64,000 nt of DNA from Octopus vulgaris (lineage: Eukaryota), in contig OX597829.1 in the NCBI GenBank assembly GCA_951406725.2, forward strand, positions 47,120,001 through 47,184,000, read 5' to 3'. The translations under genes were made by a program, and so were the position numbers. The notes under the pieces were generated by a model. The model ran no database searches. It was given only the letters and a program-made list of their open reading frames with translations, and was not told where the DNA came from. Below are positions 13,037-27,840 of the stretch, in pieces (the stretch's first letter is position 1; every line of letters starts with the position of its first letter).

Positions 13037-13252
13037 GGGCGAGCTGGCAGAATCGTTAGCACGCCGGGCAAAATACTTAGACGCATTTGGGCTAGCTTTA
13101 CGCTCTGAGTTCAAATTTAGCCGTGGTCGTATTTTGATTTTTTTATCTTTTTGAGGTCGATAAAATAAGTACTAGTTGCACAATGAGGACGATGATATTG
13201 ACTTATCCCTTGCCCCCGAAATTTCTAGCCTTGTGTCACAATTGGAAACCAA
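13037..13252 (+). mobile_element. SINE family B (diverged)
   Basis: GGCGAGCTGGCAGAATCGTTAGCACGCCGGGC head and GGTCGATAAAATAAGTAC core. Confidence 0.8.
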
Positions 13253-13538
13253 TAAATATTCTATCGTTCGTCTCACCTACCTTTTTCTAAATAAGCAGGC
13301 ATATTATCCACTCAATATGCATTCCTTTTCCGATAAGGATTCGATCCCGTTACATTGGATTAAGTAAAAACATTAAACTAAACATTATCAGTCATGCTGT
13401 CATTCATGAGGCCATCAGTAATAATGTCGCCTTGTAGACCACCACTTATATATTGCGAGTGAGAGGCTTCAAACGCTTTTGTAGAAAAAGCAAAATGACC
13501 CATTGAGAGGAGGGGGTCAGTGAAAGTTCATACAAATA

Positions 13539-13679
13539 TAAGGTTGTCCCAAAAGTTCATAGAAAGTCTTGGAAAATGATGGTCTTTATTTTGAGGAATA
13601 ATTTTTGTTGTTTTTGTTAGTACTTGGCGAGTAAAAATTCAATTTTCGCAAGTGTTTACAAACTTTTGGGACAACCTAA
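13539..13679. mobile_element. Tc1/mariner-type MITE
   Basis: TIRs AGGTTGTCCCAAAAGTT / AACTTTTGGGACAACCT, with TA dinucleotides on both sides. Confidence 0.85.
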
Positions 13680-14127
13680 TAGAAACACCATACAAATTTC
13701 ACTCAAGTCTAATACTCCCATTTTGAGAGAGTAGCATTAAATTGCACAAAGTAGTCCCGAATATACTATTATGTAAATACGAAGAGGTTGGTCATCGTTG
13801 GAGTGTATTGCAGGATAATGCTTATCTGGAATTAAATTTTAATAAATACAAGTTAAAAAAAAACATGGGGAATATAGTCCAAAAAACAAACAAAAGAAAG
13901 AGAATAAATGAGAGGGGTATATGCCAGTGAGAGGGGGAAAAGAAAAATAAAAGGAGGGAAGAAACAGGAGAAATCGAAACCGCACATCGACCACGAATTG
14001 TCTCTACTCTTCAGTACACATACAGATATTAAATTTCGGCAAACAATATATACATGTGACCTCGTGAGCACCGCCAGCAATTTTTTTTTCCTCTGTCTTC
14101 CCTTCTCGGGATCTTTCCTTCTCCTTT

Positions 14128-14162
14128 GTTTCTGACGAAGAGCTCCGCTCGAAACGTTAAAC
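14128..14162 (+). ncRNA. Minimal type-I hammerhead ribozyme motif
   Basis: GTTT CTGACGA A GAGC-TCC-GCTC GAAA CG TT AAAC. Stem I GTTT/AAAC, stem II GAGC/GCTC, palindromic ACGT stem III, GUU triplet, and one extra A after the core. Confidence 0.75.
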
Positions 14163-14316
14163 CCTCCTTCTTCCTTCTTTCCTGAGCGTCCAATAATACT
14201 ATATTTGTTCCACGTTCTCGCGTTGTTGTGTTTTTGTTTTTTTTGTGTTTTCTTGTTTGGATTAACTATATATATATATATATATATACATATATATACA
14301 TACATACATATGTTTG

Positions 14317-14349
<33 letters not shown>

Positions 14350-14662
14350 ACATATGTATCTATATATATGTGTGTATGTGTGTGTGTATGTGTGTGTGTG
14401 GGTGTGTACTTCCGGCATGTCAAACTGGCGAAACCAGTTTCGTTTCATTTACTTTGGTAGCTTACCGTTTTTTTGTTTTCTTTTTTTTTTTGTACTTTTT
14501 TTGTGAAACATCACTTCACACAATTTCGTGAACCTCTACTATAAATGCGTAGAATTGGGCCCAATGGAGATTTTTTTTTCTCTTCATATCAAATGGCTTT
14601 CAAATGGCAGCACTATTCTCTCTCTCTCTCTCATACTCTCTGTCTCTCATGCTCTCTCTCAT

Positions 14663-14707
<45 letters not shown>

Positions 14708-15330
14708 CATTTCTTTGTGTCTTGGCTCTTTCAATTTGTGCGCATACACTTGTCTCTTTTGCGTGTCAGTCTTTATTTTCATTTGGTTTCTCTCCTTATT
14801 CGCTATTTCTTCTCTCTATTTCTCCCACCATATACACATACATACACACGCAGACACATATATATACATATACACATACATACATATATATAAATATACA
14901 TACATATATATATATATATGTATATATATACATGTATGTATATGTATATATACACGCATACATATATGTATGTGATATATATGCATATATATATGTGTAT
15001 ATATGTGTATATATATATATATATATGTGTATATTTGTGCATATATACACACATACATATATGTATGTGTGTATATATATATGCATATGTATATGTATAT
15101 ATGTGTATATATATACATATATATATATATATACATACATATATATATATGTATATATATATACCTATATATGTATATATATATATATACACACACAAAC
15201 CAAGTCCAAAACGAAGTATATATATATTATTTCTCTCCACATTTTTTCTTTCTGATTCTCACTTCTGTTTTCATCTCATTTTTTTTTCTTTCCGTTTCTT
15301 TTCTGTCTTTTTCTTTTTCTTTTTCTTTTT

Positions 15331-15366
<36 letters not shown>

Positions 15367-16121
15367 TTTTTTACTTTCTGCTTACTTTGCTGCTACAATT
15401 TTGTATTATTACGTTCTTTCTTATCAACCAAACGGCAGTAAAAGAGTTCAATAACTATCAGTAAACACGTTGAATAGAGGCTTTCTATAGAGAATAGATA
15501 TGATTCTACGAAGACACTTTAGCTATGAGTTTTTCTTATCCATTTATCTGAAGAGAGAAAACAAACACAAATAGTTTCAGTACGCATAAAGAAGCGAAAA
15601 ATCCACTAAGAAACTAATAAAAATGTTCAAGGAAATTGCTAGATAACAGTGTTATGTTATGTAGTATGTTTGTTATTTAGAGAGATTATTTTTTTCATTT
15701 TTATACAGTCTAGAACTACGCTGCTGATCATTTTCTATAATGTTTAGGTTCTTGACAAGTTCGTCTTGTGGTGATGATTGATAGGACTTTGAAGTTTTAG
15801 CTTTTACGCAAGGAAACTTAAGGAAGTTTTTGATAAGTGTTTGAAGCAGTTCCACATTACTTAAAATTTTGCGTAAGATAGAGGTGTCCTGCACCAACGA
15901 AACTTGAAGTAATGTGGCGCTCTAAGTCCTACATTTCATTAAATACATGTAACTCCGACTAAATGCGCCGTTTTTCAGTTATTCACTTGCGTATGTATAT
16001 ATATATATGCATATATATATATATATATGTATGTATGTATGTATATATGTATGTATATATGTATATATATGTATACATGTATGTATATATGTATATATGT
16101 ATATATGTATATATATATATG

Positions 16122-16188
<67 letters not shown>

Positions 16189-16434
16189 TATATGTATATA
16201 GGTACATATATACGTATGTATATATGTATATATGTATATATGTATGTATATGTTTATATATTTATATATATGTATGTATATATGTACGTATATATGCATG
16301 AATGTAAATTTGTACATATATGTGTATATATATACATATATATGTGTGTATATATATATACATATATATGTGTGTGCATATATATTTATATATATATGTA
16401 TGTATGTACATATTTGCATGAATGTATGTATATT

Positions 16435-16473
<39 letters not shown>

Positions 16474-16479
16474 ACATAC

Positions 16480-16520
<41 letters not shown>

Positions 16521-17460
16521 AATCTATAGTCTTGAATAGGAATTTAGCCTTATCACAGTAATGATCCGTTGATGTACAACCAACAAAATATCGTTTGGGT
16601 TTATGTTCATCGAAGCTGATAATACTTAGAAGATTTTTAAATTATCGAACCTCCCCGTCATACTTACGTTGTTTGGATTTCAATCGCTTCTCAAGTACTT
16701 TCCACCTGTATCCATTTTTAAAAAAATCAAGACTACAAATTGTTATCGGTTAATGAAGGAGTCCCTGGGAAACCATTCAAACTACGAGAAATAACAGACA
16801 AATCTCCTGAAAGACTGTATTGCATAATATGTTGTGCATATCGATAATGCAGTCCTAATCTGATCAGGAGAAAAAAAAAAAGATGCAATGATCATGGACA
16901 GAATACCTTTGAGAATCGATCTTTTTCTATCAATGACAACAATAAGAACTGGAACAGCACTAATCTTCCTCGAGTGTGTTTAAGCGAACAAAAGTACAAA
17001 GAATTACTGTTATTTTATGAGAGACATAGCACAGCGCCTGCTGATCATTTAAGTACAGAACTGTCACGTCGAACGTCCATTATCAAATACATCTAAACTG
17101 CCCACTGGGTGCAAAGAAATTCGAGACGCCGATCATAATAATTTCCCTATGCTGCCTCGTTCACAGTGAATAATATGAAAACACTAATTCATCCAACATC
17201 GTTTTAATTGAAACATTTTCACGTTTTTTTTGTTTTTTTTTTTTTATATATTTCCTCTGACACTAATAAAAGACATCTCAGTGATGGTTGTATCGGCACT
17301 AATTCCGTCATTTTTTTTTACCAAAATGTGACACTGCCTCATTTGCCAAGACTTTCATGTCTGAAGCTACATTCACTAAAAAAATTAATTATGAGAATTC
17401 TCTTCTGTTCATTAGCGCTTAAATACAGCCTATGCCATGCGTGAATCGTCTTCTTACACA

Positions 17461-17502
<42 letters not shown>

Positions 17503-18951
17503 TACATACACAGAATGAGAGTCACATCGCTGCCTTCAACATCATAAACAACGCTTCACTCAGTTATTTTTCAAATTAAAAATGCCAATGTTAATTTAAT
17601 CTGCTGTTACTTCTTTGATTGGAAACTTATTTCCTTAGTAACATGGAGACTGTCATGGTTGCCTTATTTTTTTTAAAACATTGAAATGCTGCTTTATGAA
17701 TATTGCATTGGGGCCCCCACTACCTTTCCAAAATAGAGAAAGTTTTATTTGAATTTAGTGTTACAAAGAAATATGCTAAGCTTTTAACTAATATTTTGTT
17801 ATTAAATGCGGTGAATTTGGATATAAATAAAAATATAAAAAACACAAAAATAGAGGGTGTAAGTAGCTCGCATTTCATTCGTCTGAATTCAGAACCCATC
17901 AGCATCATTTTTGATTTCTGTATGTTCAGAATCGATAGAAACGTTACATTATAAAAAAAATATTTCGGGTAAGTCCCACATTTATATACAGAAAAATGAT
18001 GTTAAAGTTTTGTCTATTCTATAGTAACAGAAATCAGGACAATGATGCTCTCGATGATCTATGAGGCACTGTGCCTCTGCTATAAATAAATACTATTGAT
18101 TTGTCAGAAATCAATGCACAACCCAGATAAGTAAGGCTTAGCTGGTTGTGAGAGTAGATCACCAAACTAGATCCTTGGTAACGTTAGCTTATTTCCTCTT
18201 TTCAAATACATGAGCAAATTAACTGCCTACTAAGTTCAAATCCATTAATTAATACAAGAACATTATATGATCGACTATAGCCAGAAAGAGTAGCCATATT
18301 TATCATTTCATATATGAACATGAATGTGAGTATAGATGTACATAATTAAAAATAAATGTCACGGGACCATATTGAATAATGACTCTAAACTAATTATATC
18401 TGGAAAGACAGCATGGTTGTGGCTAGAATCACTTCAGAAATCTGATGGAACGTGGCTAAACTGGAACAAAACAACAATAGCATGTTCTAATCCAACCATT
18501 GATCATTTTAACCATGCTTTTATATTTATTACTTGGACTCCGTAAAGTATACTGCAAACATATCGATACAATTGATTATTATGCGTTTCATTAAAATTTG
18601 GACTCCTTTCCGAACTACAAAATCAATATTATCGATCTTTAGAGGAGGAAAACAATGGTCGTAACAGTTGATAATTCGCTCCAAACTTACGCAGTACCTC
18701 ACGATGTTTTTACTTTTTGAACCCTGCCAATGGCGACATTGTCGATTATTGCTTCCGGATCGATAAGTGAGTTCAAGTTGGAGGCAAATTCAATCGAGTA
18801 TAATTCCCTTTACAAAATATTGGATTTATGCCTATCAATAAAAAAAAATCAATAATACTAATCGTATTGAAAATAAAACTAATTCCATGATTGATTTACA
18901 CACTCAGATAACTTTCTCTCGCTATTTAACCAAACAATGAAGTTCAGGTTT

Positions 18952-19287
<336 letters not shown>

Positions 19288-19868
19288 CGTGTCATCAGTT
19301 CAACCACTTCGTTGACGGTTTAGAATAAATCTAAGATTCATTAAGCCAAACATATATACAGGACATACATTTCATGAAATTTGATTCTATTTTTTTTTTC
19401 TTTACAGAAAGAAAGAACTAAATCAGAAAATAAACCTACCAATAATCTATAATTATTAGCGTACATTTAAATCTATAATTATACTCATGTTGATCTATAA
19501 ACATATTCATACATTCCTGTTTATGTACATGCTTTGAAGTATACCATAAAGTGCATCTCATAAAAATGAGATTCTCGTAACTAGTGGTGGATTGCACTAG
19601 TAAAACCCCGTCTTTGTTAACAAAGTTTAAAGATTTTTTTTATCCGTATGCTGTTGAGATAGAGTTTTCAACGTTTCAGATGAAACACTTTTTCGAGAAC
19701 ATGGAAGATGGGGGACATTTTTTTTACTTTGCTTTGAAGGCAATTCATAAAGACAAAGAAAATATTTTGCCATCTCCAGTAAAAGAACTTTGTCCAAATC
19801 ATCGGTAACTTCTCTTTCAACAGTATATTAACACAAAAGTAGATCAAAATTTAATTATATATATATAT

Positions 19869-20008
<140 letters not shown>

Positions 20009-20399
20009 ATTAACTGTTATACACATGCGCATATGTGTGTATACACGCATACACACAACACACACATATATATATAGGGAGTACATATATAATGTGCTTA
20101 AGAATGCACATACTATATGTGCATGTGATCGTTTTTTTAGTCTATAATCTTATCTCTTGATACCAAACCTACATTAGAAGTCGTGTTTGTTAAATCTCAC
20201 TAGAATGGAAAAAATAATAGCATAGGATGACTGTAATAACCTCAGTCAAAATACACATTTTAGAATTTGTGACGCTTGTTGAATGTTACTAATGCAAAAT
20301 TGCAGGTATTTTCCTTCAATTAAAGGTAGTATAGTTACTCTGATAACAGTGTAAATCCTTGTAATATTTTCATGCCATCTTGAGATTACAAGAATATCT

Positions 20400-20476
20400 G
20401 TGAGTGAGTGAGTGAGTGAGTCAGTCAGTCAGTCAGTCAGTCAGAGTCAGTCAGTCAGTCAGTCAGTCAGTTCGTC

Positions 20477-20508
<32 letters not shown>

Positions 20509-20722
20509 AGTCAGTCAGAGTCAGTCAGTCAGTCAGTCAGTCAGTCAGTCAGTCAGTCAGTCAGTCAGTCAGAGTCAGTCAGTCAGTCCGTCAGTCAGTC
20601 AGTCAGTCAGTCAGTTAGTCAGTCAGTCACTCCGTCAGTCAATCAGTCAGTCAATCAGTCAGTCAGTCAGTCCGTCAGTCAGTCAGTCAGTCAGTCCGTC
20701 GGTCAGAGTTAGTCAGTCAGTC

Positions 20723-20754
<32 letters not shown>

Positions 20755-20911
20755 AGTCTGTCGGTCAGAGTCAGTCAGTCAGTCAGTCAGTCAGTCAGTC
20801 AGTCAGTCAGTCAGTCAGTCAGTCAGTCAGTCAGTCAGTCAGTCAGTCAGTCAGTCAGTCAGTCAGTCAGTCCGTCATTCCGTCAGTCCGTCAGTCAGTT
20901 AGTCAATCAGT
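20400..20911. repeat. (CAGT)n tetranucleotide array
   Basis: About 500 bp of CAGT with CCGT/CAGAGT variants. Confidence 0.98.
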
Positions 20912-21007
20912 GAGGTTGGAAGGGAAGAGGTAGATATGGATAGATGTGTGCATCGTGCGCATATTCTTTTAATTCTATAAATCTTTAAATAATGACACTT
21001 TTTAGAG

Positions 21008-21362
21008 ATCTTAAAAACCGTGACTCCGTCTTCCAAATACCGCTTCCGTATCTGATACTTGAAACTTTGAATTTCCAACAAAACATATTCGGGTAAGAAC
21101 CGTAAGAAAGAAATGAAAGCGTATAAAAAATCATAAATACAGATTTCTACTTGTAGATGTTAGATTTCATAAAGAAATAATTTTTAGAATCTTAAAAACC
21201 GTGACTCCGTCTTCCAAATACCGCTTCCGTATCTGATACTTGAAACTTTGAATTTCCAACAAAACATATTCGGGTAAGAACCGTAAGAAAGAAATGAAAG
21301 CGTATAAAAAATCATAAATACAGATTTCTACTTGTAGATGTTAGATTTCATAAAGAAATAAT
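21008..21362. repeat. Direct tandem duplication of about 174 bp (period 181)
   Basis: 21008-21181 and 21189-21362 appear identical by eye. Confidence 0.9.
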
Positions 21363-22139
21363 AATAGTCCTGCCTCAATATACACGCCTCTAATTCCTTA
21401 CCATGTTTATAAATATTTTCTTTTTTTTTACATTTTTTCATTAATCGGGCTGCATCAGTGCAGTGACACCGATATCAAAAGCAACAACAAAATAATTCAT
21501 GTGACTGAACTACGATTTAGTCCACGAGATTTGAGCGCAGTTGCTTGAAAATGGTTTTATCGTTTGCACCAAGCAATATCTAAAAGAATTTCGGTTGAAT
21601 TTTTGAATGATTTATTATTACAAATAATTCCGATGTGGTATACATAATTCATATATGTTTCATTATAGATCTATCTCAAGGCATATGGTTCTTTCTGGAC
21701 CTATTCCAATTTATGGTGTGTTTTTTTTTTATTTTCCTGGACTGTATCAAATTAACATAACCGATGGTTTGGGGTGGGGCACTACCTAGATGTCGTTGTT
21801 ACTTTCTGGACCCACCACATCTGATTGTCATTCAGAATATATAAAAGAAAATAGGAGTCTTTGTAAAACTATATAAATGAATGTGTGTATTTTTTTCTTC
21901 CTGAGTCGACACCAACAAAATTATAACACCTCCGACCTGGTATAATGTGGAGATATGTTTCTTTGGCATTTTTGATTTTTTTTTTTTCATCTCTCATAAT
22001 TCATTCTGGTCGCTAACTAACTGACAAAGCTCTTTTGCTTAAGTCAAGACAGCGCTTGGTAATTTGTGAATATGTGAACTTGATTGCGTGCGCATATAGG
22101 GATATATGTGTGAGTAAATTTGTACTCACATAGATCGTA

Positions 22140-22193
22140 GGCATGTTACTATATTAAAAGGCATGTTACTATATTAAAATGCATGTTACTATA
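22140..22193. repeat. 20-bp minisatellite, about 2.7 copies (GGCATGTTACTATATTAAAA)
   Basis: Read directly from the sequence. Confidence 0.9.
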
Positions 22194-22986
22194 GTACTCT
22201 TTTAGTTTGCCCACGGGCCTCTGTTCTGGGAAGGTATCTCAAACGTGGGCTCCCCGGAATGTTTTCTACTGTACTACTTATACGAATTAGCTGGATTTGT
22301 TATTACTTGGAGAACGCAGCATCTCATAGATTTTATGCAGATTTGTTTTTACGTAGTACAGTGCACCTATGATAATAGGTACAATGAAAATCTATAGTCT
22401 TGGTATATGAACTACGTATGTAAAGTATGCATGCATGCTTGTATGTGTTAGCGTGATATCTCTAAATAAGTAGAAAAAGCTGGTCGTAAATGTTACGTGT
22501 TGCAGAGTTGAATCGGATAAAAACTGAAATCCAAGGGAATAACAATACCAGCAAAGACAACAAAACGAAGAGAAATTTACGGTATTAACTAGGACAAGAA
22601 AATACTTTTAAAATCGTCTCTGCAACAATGAACCAAGTTACATTCAAATAGCATGCATGTTGTACGAAGCAAGTTTTAATGCGTGCGTGCGTGCGTGCGT
22701 GTATGTGTTTATGTGTGAGTGTAATGGAAGTAGTTATAAAGAATGTCAATCTATGTCCAAACTGGGTGACGAAAGGTGAAATGTAATGTCATCACAAGTA
22801 TAGAACGTTCTTTAAGACATCAGTGCACAAAACATTTCGTTTTCAAGTGAAGCCATGTTAATACGCTAACAAGTGTACGTGGTCTTTTTCACCTCTAGTT
22901 TTGTTTGTAAGTTTGCTGGAGAGAAAGTAACAGTTTTGGATTTATAAAGATATTCATTTTTGTAATATGGGTGAGTTTGCTCGTTG

Positions 22987-23067
<81 letters not shown>

Positions 23068-23379
23068 TTGTCTTTGTCTTTTTTATCTCCTTCATTGGTT
23101 TCCCCGCTTCATTGTTACAAACATGTCACATTTATGTCAAACTGGAAAGACATTTTTTTTTCCTAATGAGAATTTTCGCATTATATCAAAGACTTCAACT
23201 CCTCTAATTTCGAGTAGCAAAATCAAGAACCAAGTATCTATCGACGATGATTAATTGCTTTCTTTGTTGTTATTGTTGTTGTTGTTGTTGTTATTTATGA
23301 TTGACGAATACAGATACTTGACATTTTTTTTCTACAAACGATTAATGGTAAACTAGTTTGTTTCTCTTTTATAACTAAA

Positions 23380-23878
23380 CTAGCAGTATCACCCGGCGTT
23401 GCTCGGGTTTGGAAGGGAAATAACTATATAAGCATTTTTAGAGAGTTATAGCCAAAAAATAGCAAAAAAAATGCATTAAAAATGGAAAACAAATGATGGT
23501 AATTTTTTTTTATATCGTTGACTCATCGTAGACATTTTTAGAGAGTTACTTCCCTTATATAATAGCGAAAAAATGCATTAAAATGGAAAAAAATGATGGT
23601 AATTTTTTTTAATCGTTGACTCATCGTAGACATTTTTAGAGAGTTACTTCCCTTATATAATAGCGAAAAAAATGCATTAAAATGGGAAAAAATGATGGTA
23701 ATTTTTTTTTAATCGTAGACTCATCGTAGACGCGCGCTAATACCCAGAAGGGCTCGATATGAATCACGACTATAAGATACCCGGTTTTGGTTAAACTGCA
23801 CCGCAAAATGTGGGAGTAGTTAGCAATCTAAATCGTAGGAGACAGACACTCACACAACTTCACTTTTATATAAAAAGA
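23380..23878 (-). mobile_element. Non-autonomous Helitron (copy 2) with about 3 internal 97-100 bp tandem repeats
   Basis: Same TC...hairpin-CTAG termini and A|T site as 1240-1640. The internal unit CATTTTTAGAGAGTTA...GACTCATCGTAGA repeats at about 23433, 23533 and 23631. Confidence 0.85.
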
Positions 23879-24726
23879 TGATATAAACCAATAGAATAAC
23901 AAACAGAGGTGAGTCACGAGATGTGATGATTTTTCTTCCATTCCTTCAACTAGCGTTGCAGGCCCTGTAGAACGTCTACGAGTGCTGTCCTTCGTCTGAC
24001 TAACCTATTTAAAGAAAATAAAGGAAGTAAATGTCTTTAGAAAGCAATGTTAAGGACACCTCACCATAAGTCTTCCTTCTCATTCATCTTAAAACAGCCT
24101 ACAATGAGTCACCGGTGACTCACCTGGCCAATATGGCGCAAAACGCCATTGCTTGGTAGGCAATGAATGGGTATTTTTCTTCATTATTTTTTTTCAATAA
24201 TTCTAAATGTTTTCGATGCCTCGAAATTCAGGAATATAAATGGGTCTTCTTTTTTAATATGCCTTTCAAAAGTCTACCTCATTTTTATGACTATTTTGCT
24301 CTTTTACTCCACCTTCTTCTTCCAATTTTACACCTCCGGAATCATTGCTCTTTTAGTATAACTATTTGTTACTAGGAATGAGCAAGTAGTTTAGTTGCTA
24401 GTGCAACTGAATCTTCATCTCTGTAATGGACAGCGATCCAATTTACCTTACTTCGACACTATCCCGAAATATTTTAACGATGACAGATTTGTGTACCTGA
24501 TATGTGGCTTCTTTTGCGAGCTATAGAACAATTACTTCCATTATTCATTGTGTAACGAGTCCTTTCTTAAAACAAGAATTGTGTACATCTTCGTAAACAT
24601 GCATACGCTGCTGTAAACATTAGCAAACATAAATATCCAAAATATCCGAGGTTGACAAATGCTGTGGAATATTATAATGAAGAACAAGTTACTTTCCCTA
24701 GGTTTGCTATTTTCTGGAACATATAT

Positions 24727-24800
24727 CTTCTTCTTCTTCTTCTTCTTCTTCTTCTTCTTCTTCTTCTTCTTCTTCTTCTTCTTCTTCTTCTTCTTCTTCT

Positions 24801-24847
<47 letters not shown>

Positions 24848-25140
24848 TCCTTCTTCTTCTTCTCCTTCTTCTTCGTCTTCTTCTTCTTCTTCTTCTTCTT
24901 CTTCTTCTTCTTCTTCTTCTTCTCCTTCTTCTTTTTCTTCTTCTTCTCCTTCCTTCCTCATCCTCCTCTTCTTTTTCTTCTTCTTCTCCTTCCTTCCTTC
25001 CTCTTCTTTTTCTTTTTTCTTCTTCTTCTTCTTCTTCTTCTTCTTTTTCCTCTCCTCCTTCTTCTTCGTCTTCTTCTTCTTCTTCTTCTTCTTCCTTCTT
25101 CTTCTTCTTCTTCTTCTTCTTCTTCTTCTTCTTCTTCTTC

Positions 25141-25222
<82 letters not shown>

Positions 25223-25225
25223 TAA

Positions 25226-25256
<31 letters not shown>

Positions 25257-25272
25257 GTTATTATTATTATTA
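24727..25272. repeat. Compound (CTT)n then (ATT)n microsatellite
   Basis: Read directly from the sequence. Confidence 0.98.
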
Positions 25273-25368
25273 AGGCGTCGTAGAGCTAGAAGAATCGTTA
25301 GCACGCCAAGCAATTTGCTTAGCAGTATTTCTTACGACTTTATATTGTGAGTTCAAATCCTGCCGAGA
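25273..25368 (+). mobile_element. SINE family B 5' fragment
   Basis: GAGCTAGAAGAATCGTTAGCACGCC...GAGTTCAAATCCTGCCGAG. Confidence 0.7.
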
Positions 25369-27107
25369 TAAATTCTACTAACAACAGTTTAGTGATGCTT
25401 TGGTAATAATGAATAACAACTATCGCACAAACCCATATTTTATCCGGGAGATCATATTCGTGACAGCTGTTTTGCCGATATTGCTACTGGGTATAGGCAG
25501 ATGATTTTTTTAGTATGGGTAGAATTCTGTCAAGGACAGAAGCTTAGCTGTGTGTATCACAAAATAGTGCGGTTTGTTTTTTTTTATTTTCTGGGTTTTT
25601 TTTTTCTTCTGCGAAATTATCCGGAAACTGACAACCAAGTAGTATATCTCCGTCTGGGAAAAAAGGCAGATTGGGACGTTCTGAGCAAATGACGTAATTA
25701 CTGGCTAACGTATGGAGCAACGTGGCGGCCATCACTCGAGACAAGTTACACATTAGTTTCTACCTAATCTTCAAGACAGAGGGTGAGGTGAAGCGACAAG
25801 CAAAGGTATGCACATATCTAAAGACTCATACCACAATACATATGTCAGCACCCTCGTATGGTGTAAATTCAGTCTCAGTGTGACGACTTTAATCCCTGGC
25901 TCTTTTCACGAACTATTTATGGTTGCTTGTGTGTAGCGGTGAGGAAAACTGATGTATAATGTCTGGATGTATCTACATGATATCCACAGTATTTCTCTTG
26001 ATTTTCTGAGCTTGGTACGTGTGAGTTGATGCATTCTGGTGCTGTTTCTCGTGGACATTTCGGAAACGTCCAGAAACAAAGGCAATGAGACTTGTGGTAC
26101 AGTACAGTTAAAGCTAGTTTAAGGATATCTGCCCTGAAGAACTAGCATTTCAGTTAGAGAAAGAGAGAGAGAGGGATAGAGCAGAACTAGCAACAACAGC
26201 AGATTTTGAGGCTACTGTTTTAAAAGCACCACCAGTAGAAGTTCCAGAAATGGTAGAAGAAACAATTTCGTCCTCAATCGTAAATGCTGATGAAACCGAA
26301 TGCCAGCTGTTGCTCTTGGTTGTTCTACTCTATTATCTTACTTTGATCGAGAGTAAATGGGAAATGAACAGCTGCAATATACGGTCACTGAGTGTAGAAA
26401 AAAGGAAGAAGAGAGTTAAGATAAAGGCTGGGCCCGGGGAAAAGACATGCATGATACTGGAATATGAGCATGCCTTCACTGTGCCACAGTGATTTGACCG
26501 AAAGTGTTTTTGATTGCTTAATTTAATGTTTGAACTGGGAGATAATGAAACAGTAAATATATCGATGAAGCACGAAGTGGAGTTCCCTAAACCAGGAACA
26601 ACTGCTGGAAAGAATGTTGATATAAATTCCAAGATATCGATATCGATTTATATGCATTTAAGTTCGATTTTCCAAAGGATGTCAAACTGTTCAGGGCTCA
26701 ACCATCCGATGAAATGCTCACGAAAGCACTCAAATGCACCAGAATGTATTTTTTAGTAATAGATCACAACTCTGTCTGCCTTCACATTGAATTCAATACA
26801 AAGGGTAACAAACGAGCAGCATTGTGGAAAGATTTGGCCGACCATGCTGGATTTTTTTCCTCGACTGAGAGTAGAGAGAGGATTTATCTTATCAGCTTTT
26901 TATGTTCCTTAAACCATATCTTTTATTTTAATTATTGTATTTTTGTATCATTATGTAAACTACTTTTGAAATTTACAGTGTAAAGTGGCTGGATATTCCA
27001 AACATGTATGGTTGTAGTGTAATTCTTAAATTGAATCAGTGAGACACTAAAGTAACAAGGCTGGGCCTTTAAATTATAACTAACAAAGAAAGAGAGAGAG
27101 AGAAAGA

Positions 27108-27145
<38 letters not shown>

Positions 27146-27487
27146 CGTGAAAGACAGACTGCGTGACGGAAACAAGAATGGCTCGTAGTAATGGGTGGGT
27201 AATTTATTTATCGATTATGGAATGACAAAACAAAAAAGGCCATTTTAAATCAGAACGTAGAAAACTGGAATCGTTCAAGGTGGCATTCTAACGACTCCGC
27301 CAATAGAATTATTATAATACAAGAATTTTGGCAAAATCCTGAGAACATCGGTTGAAATACTTTATGATATGTAGTGATGCTTCTTTCCTCTTTGTGTTCA
27401 AATCTCAACGATGTCACCTTTGATTTTCAGTCCTTCCGGAGTTGACAAAATGCATAAAGTACCAGTCGATTTAATATTCCAATAAAG

Positions 27488-27840
27488 CTGTGGTTCTCAA
27501 GCAGGATTCGTATGACACCTCAGGGTCCGTATAAGATTTTGGGAGTTCCACGCAAGAAAATAGTAAATTGGCGATCCACAATAGCATTTTAAGGGCTCCT
27601 GGAAAAATTCTTGCATTAGATGTATGTATTTGTATGAATTGCAAGAAACAGCTTGGTTTCTTTCTCTAACATTTTACATTGTTCAACCTACACAAGTTAA
27701 TGTGTGAAAAAAACCAAATAGGGATTTTGGAAGAATTTTCTATAAAACTAATTTTTAAATATTGAATGGTTGTGGGGGTCTACAAGAATAAAATATTAAT
27801 CAAGGGGGTTCATAGATAAAAAAAATGGTTGAGACCCCTG
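27488..27840. mobile_element. hAT (Charlie-like) MITE
   Basis: Termini CTGTGGTTCTCAAG / GTTGAGACCCCTG resemble the CAGTGGTTCTCAAC-type TIR. 8-bp TSD CAATAAAG / CTATAAAG matches at 7 of 8 positions. Confidence 0.75.

Noticed and set aside
16760-16930. Possible old repeat shared with 29250-29430 (CAAATCTC...GATCATGG..GAATACCTT)
   Set aside because: The similarity is too patchy to define boundaries or family by eye.
25700-27000. Relatively complex non-repeat block with 80-99 aa ORFs as a possible host exon
   Set aside because: No recognisable protein motif or clear splice structure. Faint LINE-like words (NKAMRLV) are too weak; BLASTX is needed.
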